A DNA stretch of 64,000 nucleotides, taken from IMG/VR virus record IMGVR_UViG_3300010965_000002, positions 112,944 to 176,943 of that record. One strand, written 5' to 3'. The DNA comes from a virus. Positions 55,144 to 64,000 of this stretch are shown piece by piece (within the stretch, counting starts at the first letter, position 1; every line of letters begins with the position of its first letter). Under the pieces are notes generated by a model. The model was not told the origin of the DNA. It saw only the letters and a program-made list of their open reading frames with translations, and made no database searches. Both the position numbers and the translations under genes were made by a program.

Positions 55144-57345
55144 ATGAATAACATACGGGCCCTTAACCTAACAGACATTGTTTACTTCAAAGGTCAGACG
55201 CGCTTTGAGTTTGAGCCTGGACTTACGTTCATCCAAGGACGTAATCTCCAACGCCGTGGTCCCAACGCAAGTAACGGCAGTGGCAAGAGCTTGCTGTTTG
55301 GGACACTTCCGAACATCCTGTTCGACACACATCCGACTGTCACCAAGAACGTGCGCAGTGTGCAGCGTCAAATCTATGCAAAGGGCAGCGTTGCCTCAGT
55401 AGAGTTTGACACCTCAAAGCACAAGTACATGTATTCAAAGGCTGGCGCTAAGACAGAAATTACCCGTGACGGTAAGAATCTGAAAAGCCGCATTGCCCGT
55501 GACCAGTTGCGTTCACTGATTGATCTGACTGAGGAAGAATTCTTTTCCACAGTGTATCTGGACAGCCGCAGGAACAACAACTTTCAGTTGGGTACAAGTG
55601 CAGATCGCTTTGCCTTCATCACAGAGTTGTTCCGCTTGCAAGACATTGATGACCTGCGTAAGCACGTCAACAAGTGCATCAACGAATTGAACAGTGATGG
55701 TCGTGTCCTAGACCAAAACAAGAGCGATCTTGAAGCGGCACGCGCACAGCTTGGTCAACTCCCACGCGAAGCTCAGGACAAAGCCGACGCTATCAGCGAC
55801 TGGTTGAAGAAGGCCAGCATTCGTGCCCAACGACTTACTGCTTACCAGCATCAATGGGAGAACTATCGCCGTTGGTCTGTAGAGAACGACAAGCTCGAAG
55901 GCATGACAAAGCCTAAGCACACGGTCAAAGAGATTCGTCAGGCCCTTTCGGAGCTAGACGGATACGAGGCAGAGTTGCGTCAGTGGAAGAAACAGCAGGC
56001 AGCACAGCAAAGTCTACAAGAGGAACTTGATGCGCTCAATCTGGATGACAGCACCTACGATGCAATGCTCAAGCGCAAGAATCGTTTGGTGGAAGTTGAC
56101 GAGCCTGAACAACCAGAAGGTGATCTTGCTGCCGCCAAGAAGTTAGCGGCTAAGGCAACACTTGACCGTGCAGAAACCCTGCTGAATAAAGCGCGTGCAA
56201 AGTCCTCGATGCTTCAAGAGCAATTGGATACGTTCAATTCTGAGGTTGGAGAAGCCGATCAGTGTCCTACGTGTCACAGCGACTTGTCTGCTAAGACCAA
56301 GAAGGCCATTCGTCAAAACTTTGAAACGCAAATCACTGAGCTTGCCAGCAAGGTGAAAAGTGCCAAAGCCTGTATCGAAGCACACCGACTGTTGAAAGCA
56401 CACGCTGTCTATACGGTGGAACTGACAGCCTATGAAGCGTACAAAGCTGAGGCCGCTGCATTGCGCAAGTATCCGTTCAAGGATGTCAAGCGTCAACTGG
56501 AATTGAAGTCTATGCTGAGTAACGCAGCAGGCATCAAGAAACCAAAGCCGCCCATGACTTTGATCTTTGGTAACGACCGTGAAAAGCTAGAGGCTGAGTT
56601 GACCCGTGGTCAGAAGTGGACGCAGCAACAGCAGGTAGTAGCCACGTTGAAAGTTGACAAGCCTGAGTCAGAAGTTGACGTTGACGCGGTGAAAAAGCTC
56701 AATGCCGAGGTGAGCGAGAAAATGAGTGCGTTGCCTGAACTGCAAGCACAAGCAACCGAACGCAAAACCGTTCTTAGAACCATCAAGGCACTCAAAGAAC
56801 GTGTTGCCGAAATGCAAGAGAAGCTAGCCGACCTGCCTGTGTATCACATGCTGTCGGAAGCGTACAGTACCAAAGGCATCAAGATGCTGATGGTGCAGCG
56901 TATCGCCAAAGCCCTTGAGAAGAATTTGAATCGTTATGCGCGTCAGATATTCTCTGAGGACTTCAAGTTCACGTTTAGCGTGGTCGATGGGAAGTTTGAT
57001 GTGAACGTAACGCGCCGCCATGCACGTAAGGAAACGACTTCGGACATTCGCCACATGAGTGGGGCTGAGTCTCGACTGTTCATCTTCCTGTTTGTGCTGG
57101 CACTGTTGCCTTTGATTCCAGATCGCCGCCGCATGAACATCCTTGTGCTTGACGAACCTGATGCGAACATGGACGTTGAGACACGCGAGATTTTCCGTGA
57201 TAGCTTGCTACCTCGCTTGGCGAAAATTGTGCCTAGCGTGATTGTCATTAGTCCGAACAGCGATGTGGTTCCGCAACACGCACGGGTCTACACTGTTGTC
57301 AAAGACAAGGGCGCAAGCAAACTCGTACAAGGCTTTGTGAAATGA
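55144..57345 (+). CDS. SbcC/Rad50-like ATPase
   Basis: NGSGKS, CPTC zinc hook, MSGAES signature, LVLDEPD. Confidence 0.9.
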   Translation: MNNIRALNLTDIVYFKGQTRFEFEPGLTFIQGRNLQRRGPNASNGSGKSLLFGTLPNILFDTHPTVTKNVRSVQRQIYAKGSVASVEFDTSKHKYMYSKAGAKTEITRDGKNLKSRIARDQLRSLIDLTEEEFFSTVYLDSRRNNNFQLGTSADRFAFITELFRLQDIDDLRKHVNKCINELNSDGRVLDQNKSDLEAARAQLGQLPREAQDKADAISDWLKKASIRAQRLTAYQHQWENYRRWSVENDKLEGMTKPKHTVKEIRQALSELDGYEAELRQWKKQQAAQQSLQEELDALNLDDSTYDAMLKRKNRLVEVDEPEQPEGDLAAAKKLAAKATLDRAETLLNKARAKSSMLQEQLDTFNSEVGEADQCPTCHSDLSAKTKKAIRQNFETQITELASKVKSAKACIEAHRLLKAHAVYTVELTAYEAYKAEAAALRKYPFKDVKRQLELKSMLSNAAGIKKPKPPMTLIFGNDREKLEAELTRGQKWTQQQQVVATLKVDKPESEVDVDAVKKLNAEVSEKMSALPELQAQATERKTVLRTIKALKERVAEMQEKLADLPVYHMLSEAYSTKGIKMLMVQRIAKALEKNLNRYARQIFSEDFKFTFSVVDGKFDVNVTRRHARKETTSDIRHMSGAESRLFIFLFVLALLPLIPDRRRMNILVLDEPDANMDVETREIFRDSLLPRLAKIVPSVIVISPNSDVVPQHARVYTVVKDKGASKLVQGFVK

Positions 57346-57626
57346 CTACACCCAGCGTTATACACAAACGTGACGCTGACAATTTTCCAAACGTCGTTTA
57401 CATAGGTCGACCAACCAAGTGGGGCAACCCATTTGTCATTGGTCAAGATGGTACGCGCAAGGAAGTCATTGCCAAGTACAGAGCCTACGTGTTGGCAAAC
57501 AAGGATTTGCTGGCAGCAGTCAAGTCTGAGTTGAAAGGTAAGACGCTCAGTTGCTGGTGCAAGCCTAAAGCCTGTCATGGTGACGTGCTTCTACAGTTGG
57601 CAAACGCCAAAAGTCTATTCAGTTAA
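57342..57626 (+). CDS. DUF4326 family protein
   Basis: VYIGRPTKWGNPF...LSCWCKPKACHGDVL. Confidence 0.8.
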   Translation: MTTPSVIHKRDADNFPNVVYIGRPTKWGNPFVIGQDGTRKEVIAKYRAYVLANKDLLAAVKSELKGKTLSCWCKPKACHGDVLLQLANAKSLFS

Positions 57627-57634
57627 GGCTCAAT

Positions 57635-58006
57635 ATGATTCGACACGGTGTAGCTCCTTTCTTGGAGTGTAGCTCCAAGGGTGACAAGCGATTCAGTGCT
57701 TTCTACGCTACTGTTAAAGGTCGTGGTGGACAAAGCATTGAAACCATCTATCAGGCAGCGAAACGTTTGGATGATGGGTCAACTGGACTTGGCTGGCGTG
57801 AAGCTAAAGGCCGCAAGCCAATCAATTCAAAATACTGCGCTAGACTCTACACCCGTTTGTGGTCTGAGTATCTAGCCGAAAACCCCGAGCTTGTGGCTGT
57901 CTTGAAAGCTGCCACAGGCCTATCCGATATTTTCGGTCAAGCCGGACACGTTTGTCAGGCAACCGAACTTTGGCACTTAAGGAATTCTCTATGCGTTGTT
58001 GCTTAG
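57635..58006 (+). CDS. NADAR-like protein
   Basis: LECSSKGDKRFSAF...SIETIYQAAK resembles NADAR E..(Y/F)QA.K. Confidence 0.55.
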   Translation: MIRHGVAPFLECSSKGDKRFSAFYATVKGRGGQSIETIYQAAKRLDDGSTGLGWREAKGRKPINSKYCARLYTRLWSEYLAENPELVAVLKAATGLSDIFGQAGHVCQATELWHLRNSLCVVA

Positions 58007-58608
58007 GAGTAAGCACGGAATTACCAGAAACCGTCATCCAAAAATTTCCACGAGGCACCACCTACGGTTATCCAGATACCGTAGCCGCTGATGTACTGAT
58101 TGTGCCTGGCATTGATACTCTGCGTAGAGTGTGGGCACAAATTAAAGGTCAAGACGTTGCAGTGATTGTGTTTGATGCCGACATTCGGCTAGAGGCATGG
58201 CGCATACCAATGCTTGACCTGACTCAGCCTATTGGTAAACAATTGAAGACTGCAAACAAGATCAAGTATCAGGTGCGCAATCCTATTGCCAAACTTTTGA
58301 AACGTACAGCTAAGAGCTTTGTCTCCAACTTCGTGACCTTGGCATACAAGACACGCGACGTTGAAAAGCAAGCCCAACTGCGCAAGGAAGTCTTCGGTGC
58401 GTTGTGGCGTGGTGATCGCATTCTGTTTACCTCGGCAATCAACAAGAAGGCTGCCGATCTGATTGGTTTGCTGAACAGTGAAGACGCTGTGAACCTAGAA
58501 GCGGCTCTACAAGAAGTCAAGGCCGGAAAGAAAGTTGCTGTAGTTGCCAAGGCGTACAAGCTCTCAACCTTCGATCTGAATTACGTCATAAAGTTCCAGG
58601 CTAAGTAA
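57991..58608 (+). CDS. hypothetical protein
   Basis: TAAGGA RBS. Confidence 0.6.
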   Translation: MRCCLGVSTELPETVIQKFPRGTTYGYPDTVAADVLIVPGIDTLRRVWAQIKGQDVAVIVFDADIRLEAWRIPMLDLTQPIGKQLKTANKIKYQVRNPIAKLLKRTAKSFVSNFVTLAYKTRDVEKQAQLRKEVFGALWRGDRILFTSAINKKAADLIGLLNSEDAVNLEAALQEVKAGKKVAVVAKAYKLSTFDLNYVIKFQAK

Positions 58609-59060
58609 TGGCAACTAGAAAAGAAACTGCTGATGCCTTAAAGCAAATGGTTGTGATGCACTTTTGCAAACGCAACTATGCCTGCTTTGTTGAACAAGGC
58701 GTTAATCGTCGAGGTCGCTTGCGTGCTGACGTTATCGCAATGGCGCTGACAGGTCACATCGTGATTGTTGAAGTCAAAAGCTGCAAGGCTGATTACACCA
58801 CAGACAAGAAGCATCAAGACTACCTGCCCTATTGCGATCAGTTCTATCACTGCTGGCCTAAAGACTTCGGTGTTGAACTGCCTGCTGGCACTGGACTGCT
58901 GTTGCCAAACACAGTAGGCCACCTCAAAGTTGCAAAGCGTGCGTCTATCAACAAGATGGAAGGTGCAGTTCGCAGAATGCTGATTACACGATTGGCCTGG
59001 CGTGCTGGCACCTTTAGCAAACGTACTGGCGTAGTACGTCGGCGCATATTCATTACATAA
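58608..59060 (+). CDS. MmcB-like PD-(D/E)XK endonuclease
   Basis: RADVIA...IVEVKSCKADY..DKK...YLPYCD.FY. Confidence 0.7.
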   Translation: MATRKETADALKQMVVMHFCKRNYACFVEQGVNRRGRLRADVIAMALTGHIVIVEVKSCKADYTTDKKHQDYLPYCDQFYHCWPKDFGVELPAGTGLLLPNTVGHLKVAKRASINKMEGAVRRMLITRLAWRAGTFSKRTGVVRRRIFIT

Positions 59061-59070
59061 GGCGGTTACG

Positions 59071-60540
59071 ATGCGTGACTACGAAAAAGAAGCCACTGAG
59101 CTTGAAGGCTTGCTCAGTCAAAAAGGTATCCTGAACGCAGACACAGCACACTTCTCCTTGGCAGACTTGGTGAACTTCTATGGTGTTGCTTACACTCAGT
59201 ATGGCCCGCTCTGCACTGTAGCATCGTTGTTCCCAGACTACGCAGCACCAAAGCCTGCGCCGTTGCCGTGGGAAGAAGACGAACCAGTGAAAGACATCAA
59301 GGCGCTCAAACTCAGCAATGACCAAGCAGCCGCATGGGCCAAGTTGCAGAAGTGGGCTGTCAACAACAAGCCTTACTTTGTGCTGAAAGGTTTTGCTGGT
59401 ACAGGCAAGACGCACTTGTTGCAGTTGCTTAACGAATTACCTGTCAGCATTTTCTACAGTGCACCTACAAACAAAGCAGCCAAAGTTTTAGGCAAAGCTG
59501 TTGGTCGTGCTGCCAAGACAACCTACTCCATGCTCGGTCTAAAGATGGAGCAGGACGAAGACGAACTGATCTTGACAGCCAGTGGCAACCCTCCGTACTT
59601 TCCACCTGGTTCTATTCTGGTGATTGACGAAGCCAGTATGGTTGGGCGTCAGCTTTGTACTGCGGTGCGTGATGCCTGTGAGCGATGCGGTATCAAGATT
59701 CTGTACGTTGGTGACCCTGCACAGCTTCCACCCGTTGGAGAAATCTCCAGCAAGGCATGGCGTGTTACGGATGACCCAGAATGCATGGCGATGCTCAAAG
59801 AGGTGATGCGCTATGACAATCAGTTGTTGGTACTGGCAACCTCATTGCGTGATTGCATCAAGAACAAGACTTGGTGGTCGCCTCTGCACAGTGACCATAC
59901 TGACACGGGCATTTGGAAGTGGCGTTCGCAGGAACAGTTTGAACGCAATTTGGTCAAGCGTGTCCTGGCTGGTGAAATGCTTGACACCAAGGTTATTGCA
60001 TGGCGCAATAAAACGGTCAATCGTTACAACGACCTGATTCGTGGCACACTTGGCTATAAGGAAACGTACTGTATCAACGATCTGTTGTTGCTTGCAGACC
60101 CGATCGAGGACGGCGGTTCCATCATTGCTCACACTGACGACGAATTCAAGGTTCAAGAAGTTGGACATTCAAACGTGGTGATTGATGGTGCAAACATCGA
60201 CACCTGGCAACTGCACGTTAGCGGCGATCAGTCCTTGGTACTTGACATTGCCAAAGACCAGTCCCAAGTTGATTCAGTGCTTGCACGTAAAGCTCGCGTT
60301 GCACGAGGCAGTTCTGGCGCAGGCCGACGCATGGCATGGCAAGACTTTTGGGCAACCAAATCCCGCTTTCACAAAGTGCGTTACGGTCATGCCTTGACTG
60401 CGCATAGAGCACAAGGGTCTACGTACACAAACGTATGGCTCGATCAGATGGACATATTGGCAAACCCCAACAAGCGTGAAGCCTTTAGATGTCTGTACGT
60501 GGCCGCAACGAGGCCGACAACCAACCTGTACTCGTATTGA
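59071..60540 (+). CDS. Dda/RecD-like SF1B helicase
   Basis: GFAGTGKT, APTNKAA, IDEASM, GDPAQLPP, ALTAHRAQGST, LYVAATR. Confidence 0.9.
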   Translation: MRDYEKEATELEGLLSQKGILNADTAHFSLADLVNFYGVAYTQYGPLCTVASLFPDYAAPKPAPLPWEEDEPVKDIKALKLSNDQAAAWAKLQKWAVNNKPYFVLKGFAGTGKTHLLQLLNELPVSIFYSAPTNKAAKVLGKAVGRAAKTTYSMLGLKMEQDEDELILTASGNPPYFPPGSILVIDEASMVGRQLCTAVRDACERCGIKILYVGDPAQLPPVGEISSKAWRVTDDPECMAMLKEVMRYDNQLLVLATSLRDCIKNKTWWSPLHSDHTDTGIWKWRSQEQFERNLVKRVLAGEMLDTKVIAWRNKTVNRYNDLIRGTLGYKETYCINDLLLLADPIEDGGSIIAHTDDEFKVQEVGHSNVVIDGANIDTWQLHVSGDQSLVLDIAKDQSQVDSVLARKARVARGSSGAGRRMAWQDFWATKSRFHKVRYGHALTAHRAQGSTYTNVWLDQMDILANPNKREAFRCLYVAATRPTTNLYSY

Positions 60541-60557
60541 GTACGTCATAGGAGAAA

Positions 60558-61571
60558 GTGATGAATGCAACCCTGTTGATTTCTGGCGCAACCGACGCCA
60601 TTCGCGGCCTGGCCGCACCAATCGTGAAGATGCCTCTGGATAGTACCAGTGGTGTCCAAAGCGTAGAGTTGTTGCTACCTGATGATCTTGGAAACGATCC
60701 TTTGGTGGCACACTCGTTCAACGTAGTGAAGGCTGCTATGCAGGCTGATTCCAGCTATGCTTGGTCTTGGCACTGCAACATCGCAATGGCAATGTTTGAT
60801 GAAGGCGTGCCTCATGAAACGGCTAATCGCGGTGCAGTTCGTTTTATGCAAATGGCCTTCGACGTTGATACCTCAGCGTCCGAAGAATTCAAAAGTCTCG
60901 AAACCCAATGGAAAGAAGAACCCGTTATGACCACACCAACACAAGAACAAACACAAGCACCTAAGGTGAAGAACGCACTCTGCTGCGCAATGCACCATCT
61001 ACCTGTCAGCTATCAGAACTCACCAATCCTGGCCGTGACCGACATTCCAGAATCGTTCTGGTCAATCGAAACCAAGCTGGTTGATCGTGCCTTGTGCGAA
61101 ACCGATGAAACGCTGCGCCAGTTCATCCCTTACATTGTGCTGCGCAACCCAGTTGACAACACCTACTTCACGTACTCACGCGGCCAAGGCAGCGCCGAAG
61201 CTCGTTTGCGCGGCAACCTCAGCGTTGGTCTGGGTGGACACATGGATGAACTCGTACCAGAAGGCCATACTCTGGCTACTTGGTGCTTGGCCGAAGCCCG
61301 TCGTGAACTCGAAGAAGAAGCAGGTATCACCACGCTGCTCGACTTTGGCTTTGAAGGTCTGCTGTGTGACCCAACCAATCCAGTTGGTCGCGTGCATCTG
61401 GGCTTGCTGGCGGTTGTCGATGTCAACCCTGAAATCATCGAAACCCTGGAAGCTGATGTGATCGAGAACGGTGAATGGCTCACGCTTGCCCAGTTGAACG
61501 GCAATGACCGTATGGAACACTGGAGCAAGGCAGCAGTCTCTTACCTGTTGCACAAAGCTGCTACAGCCTAA
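60558..61571 (+). CDS. NUDIX hydrolase with N-terminal extra domain
   Basis: QFIPY, GLGGH, ARRELEEE NUDIX box; N-terminal AWSWHCNIAM domain. Confidence 0.75.
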   Translation: MMNATLLISGATDAIRGLAAPIVKMPLDSTSGVQSVELLLPDDLGNDPLVAHSFNVVKAAMQADSSYAWSWHCNIAMAMFDEGVPHETANRGAVRFMQMAFDVDTSASEEFKSLETQWKEEPVMTTPTQEQTQAPKVKNALCCAMHHLPVSYQNSPILAVTDIPESFWSIETKLVDRALCETDETLRQFIPYIVLRNPVDNTYFTYSRGQGSAEARLRGNLSVGLGGHMDELVPEGHTLATWCLAEARRELEEEAGITTLLDFGFEGLLCDPTNPVGRVHLGLLAVVDVNPEIIETLEADVIENGEWLTLAQLNGNDRMEHWSKAAVSYLLHKAATA

Positions 61572-61592
61572 TTTCCACAAAGTACAGACGTA

Positions 61593-61630
61593 AAAAAGGC
61601 CGCATAGAAATCAATCTATGCGGCCTTTTT
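61593..61630. terminator. bidirectional intrinsic terminator
   Basis: AAAAAGGCCGCATAGA...TCTATGCGGCCTTTTT between convergent genes. Confidence 0.9.
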
Positions 61631-61641
61631 CTTTGCTTGCA

Positions 61642-63231
61642 TTAAAGCTCAATGTCTGATTCAACATCAGCACTGGGCACCACTGCGTAGAACACTTCGT
61701 TTTTCACCAAGCACACAATGCAGCCTTCTGCCGTAGCACTGTTTGCATTTGAGCATCCACCAGGTACCAACGCCAAGTCACCAAACGTGAATTCATGCCG
61801 GAACATAGGAACCGTAGCAGTGTCTTGAAAGACGATATGGGCAGCAGCATTACCTACTAGGGCCAATTCACGAATCTCTTTCGCAGCTTCGGGTGTCAAT
61901 TTGTGATGCAACGACAATATCGGATACACCCATTCACCGACTTCATTGATACGCCCTGCCGTATATTCCCAACGGCAGATAGCCAACGACAGCGCCTCAA
62001 GCTCAACGTTTTCAGCATAGAAGACAACCTCATGCTGAAACTGTTTAAGCGCGGTTGGAAGTTCAGGCTTCATCGTCGGCGTCCTGAGCGGCAGTCTGAC
62101 TTGCCTTCAATTGCTTGATCTGTTCAGCCGCATGTTTGCCTGTGCTTTCATAGCGCAGAGCACGGGCACGCTTGAGGATGTGACGATGTTCTTCGATCTT
62201 CAACACACCCATGTTTCGCAAGCTCATGAGAGCTTCCTTGTCGCTCATGGTGTCCATGAGGTCGGCAAACTGTTGCACAGGGTTACCGACGTTGGCTGTT
62301 TGAATTACGGCTTCAACAGGGTCGGCTTCTTTGCCAACGCCGTATTGCGCCTCAGCAGTCATGCTGCCAACGCTTTGCTGTTTGACCTTTTCGTATTCTT
62401 CGCGCATCAGCGGGTCGAGCAACATGCGTTGTGCTTCTTCCTCGGTGATGATCGTTAGCAAACGGTGGTTGACGGCCTTGCGGAAGGCGCTGCTTTCCAG
62501 CACTTGCTTGCGTGTCACCTGGTCAGTGATACAAGTGGGTGCGGCAGTCGTGAAGATGGTAACGGTGTCTTCGCGGCCTGTCTGGTTACTTGGCACTGGG
62601 AAGAACACGTTGCCGCGCTTGTCACCTTGCGAAGTATTGAGAACCCAAATGTCTGCATGGTGTTCTTGTCGGGCGAGTTCACTGAATGTGAGATATTTGC
62701 TCATTTGCTGTCCTTTGTAGCAGTTTTGAAAATTTGTGCCAGCGTGTTTGCCACGCCGACATCAATACCTAAGAGTTTCAACCAATCAATTTGTTTGCCA
62801 ACATGGGCGTTGAATCGAAGCAGGGTAGCCTTATGAACGGTCGCTGCAACTTTTGCAGGTGTCCAATGTAGCTCAGGGACCGAATACGGCCACGTCTGCT
62901 TACTCACGTTATTTACAGCTTCAATTACTGTAGGTAGACACGTTTTGTCGTACCACGGCCACTCCTTTTTAGGCTGCTGATCGAGCCATTCAAACAAATT
63001 TTGCAAGGTAATAAGCGCCTCGATACGTTGACTGCCAGAGGCTTTCCATGCTACGATCTGTTCGACGCTGACGCCTTTGTGTCTAGCAAGTGAAGCGTCA
63101 CTAAGTTCGTCAGGGTCTGGTGCTTTAGGATACGCCATACACCCTAGCTTGTTAGTGCTCCACCACATACAGGTGGTTACCTTGCACTGCTTTCTCATGG
63201 GCACATGAGTTACGTTGCATTCAAACTTCAA
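61642..63231 (-). other. three hypothetical CDS (61642-62073, 62063-62704, 62701-63231)
   Basis: Overlapping ORFs downstream of RuvC. Confidence 0.6.
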
Positions 63232-63751
63232 TTAGGGCACCTCCAATTTGCTTTGCGAACTTGTCGGCGTTGGGCCAACTACCACCCTGCGTCTTGATAC
63301 ACCAGTATGTACCAACCCAGCAAGCGTCTACAGGATGAGGCTTGATACCACACATCTTGTAAAATGGTGGTATCTCATGTCCAAGATGTTTCTTGACCGC
63401 AGCCTTCCAAGTCATAGGCATGAACACTTGCACAGTGCCCTCTGGCTGGATGTTTAGGAACTCGCGCACTGCAATTCCAATCATCATGTTCACTGCTTCA
63501 CCTGTCGTTCCACGAATACGGGTGCTGTACCGTTCGCTGACTAAGACCGTAGCCCTCGAATTTCTGATAAGTTTTCTGATGCCTTTTGTATAGAGGGCAA
63601 CATCGTTTTCAAGTGGCAACACAAGGTCTTTTACCAACCCATCAAGCATACCACAACGCACTACTCGGGTACGTTTTCTGTTGTATTCAAGGCAACTCCA
63701 ACCGAAGTTTACGGTGCCTGGGTCGAGTGATAAGATGCGAATTTTGTTCAT
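63221..63751 (-). CDS. RuvC-like Holliday junction resolvase
   Basis: ILSLDPGTVNFG, VSE, PMTWK, VDA. Confidence 0.8.
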   Translation of the reverse strand: MNKIRILSLDPGTVNFGWSCLEYNRKRTRVVRCGMLDGLVKDLVLPLENDVALYTKGIRKLIRNSRATVLVSERYSTRIRGTTGEAVNMMIGIAVREFLNIQPEGTVQVFMPMTWKAAVKKHLGHEIPPFYKMCGIKPHPVDACWVGTYWCIKTQGGSWPNADKFAKQIGGALIEV

Positions 63752-63798
63752 GGATTTTCAAAGGTTTGACTAATTTGATTGTGTTCGTCGTTGCTGTG

Positions 63799-63807
63799 TA
63801 TTTACAG
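63799..63807 (-). promoter_or_regulatory. CTGTAAATA putative phage promoter
   Basis: 47 nt upstream of RuvC-like start. Confidence 0.65.
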
Positions 63808-63844
63808 CATTTCTTAACTGGCACTCCGCCTAGGACTCCGAATT

Positions 63845-64000
63845 ATGACCTTGATACTCCGTAACAATCGGAGTTTGCAACCTCGCAATAATGGTAGCGT
63901 CAACATAGCCCGATCGGCAATTGACCAAACGCTACCTCGGGCAATCCGACAGTACGAAAACGCGCTTTCAGTTAATGGTTTCCCCATTATCTACTACCGC
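63845..64000 (+). CDS. 5' end of a CDS running off the window
   Basis: Hand-translated MTLILRNNRSLQPRNNGSVNIARSAIDQTLPRAIRQYENALSVNGFPIIYYR, open to the end; AGGA upstream. Confidence 0.6.
   Translation, partial: MTLILRNNRSLQPRNNGSVNIARSAIDQTLPRAIRQYENALSVNGFPIIYYR

Noticed and set aside
10847-62918. CTGTAAATA copies inside genes (10847, 46997, 62910)
   Set aside because: Each encodes Ala-Val-Asn in the host gene's frame; not counted as promoters
1-64000. tRNA, rRNA, introns or inteins
   Set aside because: No cloverleaf or rRNA-like sequence seen by eye; nrdA, nrdB, recA and primase are uninterrupted and of normal size. tRNAscan-SE/Infernal would be needed to be certain

Overview
A 64-kb, gene-dense segment of a large tailed dsDNA phage. 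Spanins point to a Gram-negative host. Layout: (1) 1-6.2 kb (+): a compact tailoring-enzyme cluster with two Fe/2OG oxygenases, a nitroreductase, two paralogous GNATs, a GabT-like aminotransferase, a stand-alone PP-loop ATPase and a DUF3750-like protein. (2) 6.3-18.1 kb (-): lysis and virion genes (M15 endolysin, divergent GH19, fibre proteins, holin candidate, spanins) with an embedded topoisomerase IB. (3) 18.2-19.8 kb: primase and a divergent non-coding region. (4) 19.8-61.6 kb (+): accessory, nucleotide-metabolism, DNA-modification and replication/recombination genes (gpII/X-like nickase, nrdAB, thyX, Tad2-like, Cas4-like, C5-MTase, CmoA-like, AsnB-like, sigma factor, SSB, RecA, SbcD/SbcC, DnaX, NADAR-like, Dda-like, NUDIX). 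(5) 61.6-63.8 kb (-): RuvC and unknowns. Best lead: a probable carboxy-SAM-dependent DNA cytosine hypermodification system. Its C5-MTase carries an Asn-to-Arg change in motif X and overlaps a CmoA-like gene, with an amide-ligase-like gene nearby. Also notable: a recurrent CTGTAAATA promoter motif, an SSB with a long block-charged tail, an uncalled 50-aa histone-like gene, and a macrodomain-like/DnaX fusion. No tRNA, rRNA or CRISPR array was seen. All family calls come from manual motif recognition, not database searches.
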